Assembly (NCBI GenBank): GCA_964016885.1
Contig: OZ024740.1
Location: forward strand, 434,186,001-434,250,000
Direction of reading: 5' to 3'
Source: Eledone cirrhosa
Lineage: Eukaryota
Length of the DNA stretch: 64,000 bases
In this document: positions 1 to 10,523 of the stretch, piece by piece
Numbering within the stretch: the stretch's first letter is position 1
Layout of the letters: every line of letters starts with the position of its first letter
Program-made: the position numbers and the translations under genes
The notes under the pieces: generated by a model
The model's input: only the letters and a program-made list of their open reading frames with translations
What the model was told of the DNA's origin: nothing
Databases searched by the model: none

Positions 1-3000
1 GTTTAGGTAACATGTCCACTAACCTTCTGTTTAGGTAACATGTCCACTAACCTTCTGTTTAGGTAACATGTCCACTAACCTTCTGTTTAGGTAACATGTC
101 CACTAACCTTCTGTTTAGGTAACATGTCCAGTAACCTTCTGTTTAGGTAACATGTCCAGTGACCTTCTGTTTAGGTAACATGTCCACTAACCTTCTGTTT
201 AGGTAACATGTCCACTAACCTTCTGTTTAGGTAACATGTCCAGTAACCTTCTGTTTAGGTAACATGTCCAGTAACCTTCTGTTTAGGTAACATGTCCACT
301 AACCTTCTGTTTAGGTAACATGTCCACTGACCTTCTGTTTAGGTAACATGTCCACTAACCTTCTGTTTAGGTAACATGTCCACTAACCTTCTGTTTAGGT
401 AACATGTCCTCTAACCTTCTGTTTAGGTAACATGTCCACTAACCTTCTGTTTAGGTAACATGTCCAGTAACCTTCTGTTTAGGTAACATGTCCAGTAACC
501 TTCTGTTTAGGTAACATGTCCACTAACCTTCTGTTTAGGTAACATGTCCACTGACCTTCTGTTTAGGTAACATGTCCACTAACCTTCTGTTTAGGTAACA
601 TGTCCACTAACCTTCTGTTTAGGTAACATGTCCACTAACCTTCTGTTTAGGTAACATGTCCACTAACCTTCTGTTTAGGTAACATGTCCACTAACCTTCT
701 GTTTAGGTAACATGTCCAGTAACCTTCTGTTTAGGTAACATGTCCAGTGACCTTCTGTTTAGGTAACATGTCCACTAACCTTCTGTTTAGGTAACATGTC
801 CACTAACCTTCTGTTTAGGTAACATGTCCAGTAACCTTCTGTTTAGGTAACATGTCCAGTAACCTTCTGTTTAGGTAACATGTCCACTAACCTTCTGTTT
901 AGGTAACATGTCCACTGACCTTCTGTTTAGGTAACATGTCCACTAACCTTCTGTTTAGGTAACATGTCCTCTAACCTTCTGTTTAGGTAACATGTCCACT
1001 AACCTTCTGTTTAGGTAACATGTCCAGTAACCTTCTGTTTAGGTAACATGTCCAGTAACCTTCTGTTTAGGTAACATGTCCACTAACCTTCTGTTTAGGT
1101 AACATGTCCACTGACCTTCTGTTTAGGTAACATGTCCACTAACCTTCTGTTTAGGTAACATGTCCACTAACCTTCTGTTTAGGTAACATGTCCTCTAACC
1201 TTCTGTTTAGGTAACATGTCCACTAACCTTCTGTTTAGGTAACATGTCCAGTAACCTTCTGTTTAGGTAACATGTCCAGTAACCTTCTGTTTAGGTAACA
1301 TGTCCACTAACCTTCTGTTTAGGTAACATGTCCACTGACCTTCTGTTTAGGTAACATGTCCACTAACCTTCTGTTTAGGTAACATGTCCACTAACCTTCT
1401 GTTTAGGTAACATGTCCACTAACCTTCTGTTTAGGTAACATGTCCACTAACCTTCTGTTTAGGTAACATGTCCACTAACCTTCTGTTTAGGTAACATGTC
1501 CAGTAACCTTCTGTTTAGGTAACATGTCCAGTGACCTTCTGTTTAGGTAACATGTCCACTAACCTTCTGTTTAGGTAACATGTCCACTAACCTTCTGTTT
1601 AGGTAACATGTCCAGTAACCTTCTGTTTAGGTAACATGTCCAGTAACCTTCTGTTTAGGTAACATGTCCACTAACCTTCTGTTTAGGTAACATGTCCACT
1701 GACCTTCTGTTTAGGTAACATGTCCACTAACCTTCTGTTTAGGTAACATGTCCTCTAACCTTCTGTTTAGGTAACATGTCCACTAACCTTCTGTTTAGGT
1801 AACATGTCCAGTAACCTTCTGTTTAGGTAACATGTCCAGTAACCTTCTGTTTAGGTAACATGTCCACTAACCTTCTGTTTAGGTAACATGTCCACTGACC
1901 TTCTGTTTAGGTAACATGTCCACTAACCTTCTGTTTAGGTAACATGTCCACTAACCTTCTGTTTAGGTAACATGTCCTCTAACCTTCTGTTTAGGTAACA
2001 TGTCCAGTAACCTTCTGTTTAGGTAACATGTCCAGTAACCTTCTGTTTAGGTAACATGTCCACTAACCTTCTGTTTAGGTAACATGTCCTCTAACCTTCT
2101 GTTTAGGTAACATGTCCAGTAACCTTCTGTTTAGGTAACATGTCCAGTAACCTTCTGTTTAGGTAACATGTCCAGTAACCTTCTGTTTAGGTAACATGTC
2201 CACTAACCTTCTGTTTAGGTAACATGTCCAGTAACCTTCTGTTTAGGTAACATGTCCACTAACCTTCTGTTTAGGTAACATGTCCACTAACCTTCTGTTT
2301 AGGTAACATGTCCTCTAACCTTCTGTTTAGGTAACATGTCCAGTAACCTTCTGTTTAGGTAACATGTCCAGTAACCTTCTGTTTAGGTAACATGTCCAGT
2401 AACCTTCTGTTTAGGTAACATGTCCAGTAACCTTCTGTTTAGGTAACATGTCCAGTAACCTTCTGTTTAGGTAACATGTCCAGTAACCTTCTGTTTAGGT
2501 AACATGTCCAGTAACCTTCTGTTTAGGTAACATGTCCAGTAACCTTCTGTTTAGGTAACATGTCCAGTAACCTTCTGTTTAGGTAACATGTCCAGTAACC
2601 TTCTGTTTAGGTAACATGTCCAGTGACCTTCTGTTTAGGTAACATGTCCTCTAACCTTCTGTTTAGGTAACATGTCCTCTAACCTTCTGTTTAGGTAACA
2701 TGTCCACTAACCTTCTGTTTAGGTAACATGTCCACTAACCTTCTGTTTAGGTAACATGTCCAGTAACCTTCTGTTTAGGTAACATGTCCACTAACCTTCT
2801 GTTTAGGTAACATGTCCACTAACCTTCTGTTTAGGTAACATGTCCTCTAACCTTCTGTTTAGGTAACATGTCCAGTAACCTTCTGTTTAGGTAACATGTC
2901 CAGTAACCTTCTGTTTAGGTAACATGTCCACTAACCTTCTGTTTAGGTAACATGTCCACTGACCTTCTGTTTAGGTAACATGTCCAGTGACCTTCTGTTT

Positions 3001-5736
3001 AGGTAACATGTCCTCTAACCTTCTGTTTAGGTAACATGTCCTCTAACCTTCTGTTTAGGTAACATGTCCACTAACCTTCTGTTTAGGTAACATGTCCACT
3101 AACCTTCTGTTTAGGTAACATGTCCACTAACCTTCTGTTTAGGTAACATGTCCACTAACCTTCTGTTTAGGTAACATGTCCTCTAACCTTCTGTTTAGGT
3201 AACATGTCCTCTAACCTTCTGTTTAGGTAACATGTCCACTAACCTTCTGTTTAGGTAACATGTCCTCTAACCTTCTGTTTAGGTAACATGTCCAGTGACC
3301 TTCTGTTTAGGTAACATGTCCAGTAACCTTCTGTTTAGGTAACATGTCCAGTGACCTTCTGTTTAGGTAACATGTCCAGTGACCTTCTGTTTAGGTAACA
3401 TGTCCAGTAACCTTCTGTTTAGGTAACATGTCCACTAACCTTCTGTTTAGGTAACATGTCCAGTGACCTTCTGTTTAGGTAACATGTCCAGTAACCTTCT
3501 GTTTAGGTAACATGTCCACTAACCTTCTGTTTAGGTAACATGTCCTCTAACCTTCTGTTTAGGTAACATGTCCAGTGACCTTCTGTTTAGGTAACATGTC
3601 CAGTAACCTTCTGTTTAGGTAACATGTCCAGTGACCTTCTGTTTAGGTAACATGTCCAGTGACCTTCTGTTTAGGTAACATGTCCACTAACCTTCTGTTT
3701 AGGTAACATGTCCACTAACCTTCTGTTTAGGTAACATGTCCACTAACCTTCTGTTTAGGTAACATGTCCACTAACCTTCTGTTTAGGTAACATGTCCACT
3801 AACCTTCTGTTTAGGTAACATGTCCACTAACCTTCTGTTTAGGTAACATGTCCTCTAACCTTCTGTTTAGGTAACATGTCCACTAACCTTCTGTTTAGGT
3901 AACATGTCCTCTAACCTTCTGTTTAGGTAACATGTCCAGTGACCTTCTGTTTAGGTAACATGTCCAGTAACCTTCTGTTTAGGTAACATGTCCAGTGACC
4001 TTCTGTTTAGGTAACATGTCCAGTGACCTTCTGTTTAGGTAACATGTCCAGTAACCTTCTGTTTAGGTAACATGTCCACTAACCTTCTGTTTAGGTAACA
4101 TGTCCACTAACCTTCTGTTTAGGTAACATGTCCACTAACCTTCTGTTTAGGTAACATGTCCACTAACCTTCTGTTTAGGTAACATGTCCACTAATCTTCT
4201 GTTTAGGTAACATGTCCAGTAACCTTCTGTTTAGGTAACATGTCCACTAACCTTCTGTTTAGGTAACATGTCCACTAACCTTCTGTTTAGGTAACATGTC
4301 CTCTAACCTTCTGTTTAGGTAACATGTCCACTAACCTTCTGTTTAGGTAACATGTCCACTAACCTTCTGTTTAGGTAACATGTCCTCTAACCTTCTGTTT
4401 AGGTAACATGTCCTCTAACCTTCTGTTTAGGTAACATGTCCTCTAACCTTCTGTTTAGGTAACATGTCCACTAACCTTCTGTTTAGGTAACATGTCCACT
4501 AACCTTCTGTTTAGGTAACATGTCCAGTAACCTTCTGTTTAGGTAACATGTCCTCTAACCTTCTGTTTAGGTAACATGTCCTCTAACCTTCTGTTTAGGT
4601 AACATGTCCACTAACCTTCTGTTTAGGTAACATGTCCACTAACCTTCTGTTTAGGTAACATGTCCACTAACCTTCTGTTTAGGTAACATGTCCAGTAACC
4701 TTCTGTTTAGGTAACATGTCCAGTAACCTTCTGTTTAGGTAACATGTCCTCTAACCTTCTGTTTAGGTAACATGTCCTCTAACCTTCTGTTTAGGTAACA
4801 TGTCCACTAACCTTCTGTTTAGGTAACATGTCCAGTAACCTTCTGTTTAGGTAACATGTCCAGTAACCTTCTGTTTAGGTAACATGTCCTCTAACCTTCT
4901 GTTTAGGTAACATGTCCACTAACCTTCTGTTTAGGTAACATGTCCACTAACCTTCTGTTTAGGTAACATGTCCACTAACCTTCTGTTTAGGTAACATGTC
5001 CTCTAACCTTCTGTTTAGGTAACATGTCCACTAACCTTCTGTTTAGGTAACATGTCCACTAACCTTCTGTTTAGGTAACATGTCCTCTAACCTTCTGTTT
5101 AGGTAACATGTCCTCTAACCTTCTGTTTAGGTAACATGTCCTCTAACCTTCTGTTTAGGTAACATGTCCACTAACCTTCTGTTTAGGTAACATGTCCACT
5201 AACCTTCTGTTTAGGTAACATGTCCAGTAACCTTCTGTTTAGGTAACATGTCCTCTAACCTTCTGTTTAGGTAACATGTCCTCTAACCTTCTGTTTAGGT
5301 AACATGTCCACTAACCTTCTGTTTAGGTAACATGTCCACTAACCTTCTGTTTAGGTAACATGTCCACTAACCTTCTGTTTAGGTAACATGTCCAGTAACC
5401 TTCTGTTTAGGTAACATGTCCAGTAACCTTCTGTTTAGGTAACATGTCCTCTAACCTTCTGTTTAGGTAACATGTCCTCTAACCTTCTGTTTAGGTAACA
5501 TGTCCACTAACCTTCTGTTTAGGTAACATGTCCAGTAACCTTCTGTTTAGGTAACATGTCCAGTAACCTTCTGTTTAGGTAACATGTCCTCTAACCTTCT
5601 GTTTAGGTAACATGTCCACTAACCTTCTGTTTAGGTAACATGTCCAGTAACCTTCTGTTTAGGTAACATGTCCAGTAACCTTCTGTTTAGGTAACATGTC
5701 CTCTAACCTGTTTAGGTAACATGTCCACTAACCTTC
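1..5736. repeat. 28-bp tandem satellite (GTTTAGGTAACATGTCCACTAACCTTCT), about 204 copies, open at the window start
   Basis: Exact 28-bp periodicity. Variants are limited to CACTAA/CAGTAA/CTCTAA/CACTGA/CAGTGA; a 700-bp (25-unit) block is duplicated (4301 vs 5001). Confidence 0.99.
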
Positions 5737-5976
5737 AGTTAATTTCTCTTACTGCAATAATTTTTAGTGCTAAGATTGTTAATTTACAGAGTCTACTGGG
5801 ATGCCATTGTCTCTCATGTTTACATTGCACATCCAATGAAGCATGGATTCTTTGTTGCTCTCCAGTATACAACTGGGGTCTGTTGTATATTCTTAATCTA
5901 TTGACATTGAGAAAAGAAAATTCTTTGATTCAATGTCTGCAGAGTTTGGCCGCTGGACTTAATGCGTTTTGCATGG

Positions 5977-8290
5977 CATGGTCCCTTACCTCCTGAGAGG
6001 ATCATAGGGTCACCATATTGACATATGGTGTATGGTCCCTTACCTCCTGGGGGAGTCATAAGGTCACCATATTGACATATCGTGTATGGTGCTGTACCTC
6101 CTGTAGGGTCACTGTATTGACATATGGTGTATGGTCCCTTACCTCCTGTAGGGTCACTGTATTGGTATTTAGTGTATGGTCCCTTACCTCCTGTAGGGTC
6201 ACTGTATTGACATATGGTGTATGGTCCCTACCTCCTGTAGGGTCATTGTATTGGTATTTGGTGTATGGTCCCTTACCTCCTGTAGGGTCATTGTATTGGT
6301 ATTTGGTGTATGGTCCCCTACCTCCTGTAGGGTCATTGTATTGGTATTTGGTGTATGGTCCCTTACCTCCTGTAGGGTCATTGTATTGGTATTTGGTGTA
6401 TGGTCCCTTACCTCCTGTAGGGTCATTGTATTGGTATTTGGTGTATGGTCCCTTACCTCCTGTAGGGTCATTGTATTGGTATTTGGTGTATGGTCCCTTA
6501 CCTCCTGTAGGGTCACTGTATTGGTATTTGGTGTATGGTCCCTTACCTCCTGTAGGGTCATTGTATTGGTATTTGGTGTATGGTCCCTTACCTCCTGTAG
6601 GGTCATTGTATTGGTATTTGGTGTATGGTCCCTTACCTCCTGTAGGGTCATTGTATTGGTATTTGGTGTATGGTCCCTTACCTCCTGTAGGGTCATTGTA
6701 TTGGTATTTGGTGTATGGTCCCTTACCTCTTGTAGGGTCACTGTATTGACATATCGTGTATGGTCCCTTACCTCTTGTAGGGTCACTGTATTGACATATC
6801 GTGTATGGTCCCTTACCTCCTGTTGGGTCATTGTATTGGTATTTGGTGTATGGTCCCTTACCTCCTGTAGGGTCATTGTATTGGTATTTGGTGTATGGTC
6901 CCTTACCTCCTGTAGGGTCATTGTATTGGTATTTGGTGTATGGTCCCTTACCTCCTGTAGGGTCATTGTATTGGTATTTGGTGTATGGTCCCTTACCTCC
7001 TGTAGGGTCATTGTATTGGTATTTGGTGTATGGTCCCTTACCTCCTGTAGGGTCATTGTATTGGTATTTGGTGTATGGTCCCTTACCTCCTGTAGGGTCA
7101 TTGTATTGGTATTTGGTGTATGGTCCCTTACCTCTTGTAGGGTCACTGTATTGACATATCGTGTATGGTCCCTTACCTCTTGTAGGGTCACTGTATTGAC
7201 ATATCGTGTATGGTCCCTTACCTCCTGTTGGGTCATTGTATTGGTATTTGGTGTATGGTCCCTTACCTCCTGTAGGGTCATTGTATTGGTATTTGGTGTA
7301 TGGTCCCTTACCTCCTGTAGGGTCACTGTATTGGTATTTGGTGTATGGTCCCTTACCTCCTGTAGGGTCATTGTATTGGTATTTGGTGTATGGTCCCTTA
7401 CCTCCTGTAGGGTCATTGTATTGACATATCGTGTATGGTCCCTTACCTCCTGTAGGGTCATTGTATTGACATATCGTGTATGGTCCCTTACCTCCTGTAG
7501 GGTCACTGTATTGGTAGTTGGTGTATGGTCCCTTACCTCCTGTAGGGTCATTGTATTGGTATTTGGTGTATGATCCCTTACCTCCTGTAGGGTCATTGTA
7601 TTGGTAGTTGGTGTATGGTCCCTTACCTCCTGTAGGGTCACTGTATTGGTAGTTGGTGTATGGTCCCTTACCTCCTGTAGGGTCATTGTATTGGTAGTTG
7701 GTGTATGGTCCCTTACCTTCTGTAGGGTCATTGTATTGGTAGTTGGTGTATGGTCCCTTACCTCCTGTAGGGTCATTGTATTGGTATTTGGTGTATGGTC
7801 CCTTACCTCCTGTAGGGTCACTGTATAGGTATTTGGTGTATGGTCCCTTACCTCCTGTAGGGTCACTGTATTGGTATTTGGTGTATGGTCCCTTACCTCC
7901 TGTAGGGTCACTGTATTGGTATTTGGTGTATGATCCCTTACCTCCTGTAGGGTCATTGTATTGGTATTTGGTGTATGGTCCCTTACCTCCTGTAGGGTCA
8001 CTGTATTGGTATTTGGTGTATGGTCCCTTACCTCCTGTAGGGTCATTGTATTGGTATTTGGTGTATGGTCCCTTACCTCCTGTAGGGTCACTGTATTGGT
8101 ATTTGGTGTATGGTCCCTTACCTCCTGTAGGGTCACTGTATTGGTATTTGGTGTATGGTCCCTTACCTCCTGTAGGGTCATTGTATTGGTATTTGGTGTA
8201 TGGTCCCTTACCTCCTGTAGGGTCATTGTATTGGTATTTGGTGTATGATCCCTTACCTCCTGAGAGAGTCGTAGGGTCACCGTCGTGACA
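5977..8290. repeat. 45-bp minisatellite (TGGTCCCTTACCTCCTGTAGGGTCATTGTATTGGTATTTGGTGTA), about 50 copies
   Basis: 45-bp periodicity seen directly; it produces the spurious 15-aa repeat ORFs. Confidence 0.98.
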
Positions 8291-8299
8291 TACGGTGTT

Positions 8300-8540
8300 T
8301 TTAGGACATTTTTAAACCTCTCCAGGTCTGAATACAGCAGAGGATAGCCAGAGAAGGATAGAGAGAGAGTGAGAAAGAGATATAGAGGAAGAATTGACCC
8401 CAGTATTTGACTGGTACTTCTTCTTTATCAACCTTGAAAGGATGAAATGCCAAGTTGACTTGAGTGGGATTTGAACTCAGAGAGTCAAATGCCACAAAGC
8501 ATTCTATACGATGATCTAACGATTCTGTCATTAATTCATC
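8300..8540 (-). mobile_element. tRNA-derived SINE with a Meta-domain-like core (degenerate)
   Basis: Reverse complement reads CTGAGTTCAAATCCCACTCAAGTCAACTTGGCATTTCATCCTTTCAAGGTTGATAAAGAAGAAGTACCAGT (B-box plus core); homologous copies occur elsewhere in the window. Confidence 0.75.
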
Positions 8541-8663
8541 TCTCAGAGAAAAAAGAAAACTGTAAAGAAATAATTTGATGGGATTTCATGAATAATTTGT
8601 AAGATTTATATTTTTGTTTGTTTTGTTATTATTTTTAGTAATGGTTTCATTGTCTCATTACAG

Positions 8664-8706
8664 AGCAGCCCCTTCAGGCGGAGAATCATGGACCTGTCAC
8701 AAACAG
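8664..8706 (+). CDS. SLC44A: Choline transporter-like protein (SLC44A/CTL2-4-5 type), internal exon encoding xQPLQAENHGPVTNR
   Basis: ttacag| acceptor and |gtagag donor. Its phase-2 end joins exon 44706 to give GPVTNR-SCTDIICC, matching the CTL N-terminal motif GPIxNR(S/G)CTD. Confidence 0.8.
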
Positions 8707-9144
8707 GTAGAGTAGAACTGTTGTCTCTTGTTTACCTGTATTTTCTATATTTCTATATCTGAGGGTTGACTGAAAAGTTCCTAGGCTGACTATGAAGGAG
8801 TGATGCTAGTGCTGTGAAATCTTGTAGGCATTAATTTCAACTCTTCGGAGACTATGTTGAAAAATAAACCTCATTTGGTCATTCAGCGAGAGTATCTTGG
8901 TCAGCTTACGAATTTTTAGGCCTATGAACTTTTCAGCTGGCCCTCATATTGTGAGAGAGAGTAGAAGATAAAGGATGGATATATATATATATTTTGAGTA
9001 TATGTTGGTTGTTTACTGACACCTCAGTATGCAGATTGGAGCACTCGACGAAGTACGCAGGTTGGTTTGTTTACTCCAGAGTAATGTAAAATAATTAAGT
9101 CAAATATGTAAAATTTGGCTTCGTTTATTATAAATTATAGATAT

Positions 9145-9199
9145 ACTGCTATATATATTTCGGTGACAGCCATCTTTGGCTGTGACCTCTTCAGGCAGT
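9145..9199 (-). ncRNA. Minimal type I hammerhead ribozyme
   Basis: ACUGC-CUGAAGA-GGUCACAGCCA(AAGA)UGGCUGUCACC-GAAA-UAUAUA-UA-GCAGU: stem I, conserved core, stem II and a short palindromic stem III. Confidence 0.85.
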
Positions 9200-9365
9200 C
9201 CGAACTGGTGTGGGAAAGACAGGTACACATGTTGTTGAAGTGTGTTTTACTTCATCGATACATCGATATGTCCAGCTCCTGGTAGTGTTGTTATTCCTCT
9301 GGGGAATTGGAAATGATTCCAGTTTCCCTTCAACATGTGTACCTGTCTTTCCCACACCAATTCGG

Positions 9366-9420
9366 ACTGCCTGAAGAGGTCACAGCCAAAGATGGCTGTC
9401 ACCGAAATATATATAGCAGT
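9366..9420 (+). ncRNA. Minimal type I hammerhead ribozyme
   Basis: Same sequence as the 9145-9199 copy on the opposite strand; CUGANGA and GAAA core intact; stem I ACUGC/GCAGU. Confidence 0.85.
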
Positions 9421-9478
9421 ATATCTATAATTTATAATAAACGAAGCCAAATTTTGCATATTTGACTTAATTATTTTA

Positions 9479-10240
9479 TATAGAGGTATATATATGTGTA
9501 ATATAGTGATATATATATATATATAGTATATAGAGGTATATATATATAGTATATAGAGGTATATATATGTGTAATATAGTGATATATATATATATATATA
9601 GTATATAGAGGTATATATATGTGTAATATAGTGATATATATATATATATATAGTATATAGAGGTATATATATGTGTAATATAGTGATATATATATATATA
9701 TAGTATATAGAGGTATATATATATAGTATATAGAGGTATATATATGTGTAATATAGTGATATATATATATATATATATATAGTATATAGAGGTATATATA
9801 TGTGTAATATAGTGATATATATATATATATAGTATATAGAGGTATATATATGTGTAATATAGTGATATGTATATATATATATATATATATAGTATATATA
9901 TGTGTAATATAGTGATATATATATAGTATATAGAGGTATATATATGTGTAATATAGTGATATATATATATATATATATAGTATATAGAGGTATATATATA
10001 TGTATAATATAGTGATATATATATATATATAGTATATAGAGGTATATATATATGTGTAATATGGTGATATATATATATATATAGCATATAGAGGTATATA
10101 TACGTGTAATATAGTAATATATATATAGTATATAGAGGTATATATATGTGTAATATAGTGATATATATATATATATATATATATATAGTATATAGAGGTA
10201 TATATATAAGTGTAATATGGTGATATATATATATATATAG
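9479..10240. repeat. Compound TA-rich minisatellite (AGTATATAGAGGTATATATATGTGTAATATAGTG(AT)n)
   Basis: Direct inspection. Confidence 0.95.
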
Positions 10241-10242
10241 TG

Positions 10243-10362
10243 AAGGCGTGTGGCTGAGTGGTTGGAGAATTGGATTCGCAATCGTAAGGTTGTGAGTTTG
10301 ATTCCTGGACCAGGCGATGCGTTATGTCCTTGAGCAAGACACTTTATTTCACGTTGCTCCTT
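10243..10362 (+). mobile_element. tRNA-derived CORE-type SINE fragment
   Basis: A-box TGGCTGAGTGG and B-box-like GTTTGATTCC, then the CORE-like TGTCCTTGAGCAAGACACTTTATTTCAC. Confidence 0.75.
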
Positions 10363-10481
10363 CTACCTGGAGTTGCGACCGATAGTTAGTATTAGCAATT
10401 GGAAAGACCAACGGAAACATTATTCCCTCTGTCCGATTTGCCGAAAGTCGATCGTTCCTTTATATATATAGTATATAGAGG

Positions 10482-10512
<31 letters not shown>

Positions 10513-10523
10513 ATATATATATG

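Larger units (their letters stand above)
9087..9478. repeat. 148-bp inverted repeat (9087-9234 / 9331-9478), probably a Penelope-derived miniature element
   Basis: Arms are reverse complements with about 2 mismatches around a ~96-bp spacer; each arm carries a hammerhead motif. Confidence 0.9.

Noticed and set aside
1-5736. CRISPR array (28-bp repeats)
   Set aside because: No unique spacers, no cas genes, and eukaryotic context.
6220-8260. Splice-like motifs in the 45-bp unit (CTCCTGTAG on +; GAG|GTAAGG on -)
   Set aside because: Explained by SINE origin, and no reading-frame link to a gene.
6018-8288. Long repetitive ORFs (693 aa, 450 aa and others)
   Set aside because: Open in several frames on both strands only because the 45-bp unit lacks stops; SINE-derived, with no coding signature.
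10243-10315. tRNA gene
   Set aside because: tRNA-like head of a SINE; imperfect cloverleaf followed by the CORE-like segment. The same holds for the other SINE heads.
9247-10337. YI-rich ORFs (also at 13.5-15.4, 21.8-22.3, 30.3-31.1 and 34.5-36.3 kb)
   Set aside because: Translations of (TA)n/(CA)n microsatellites.
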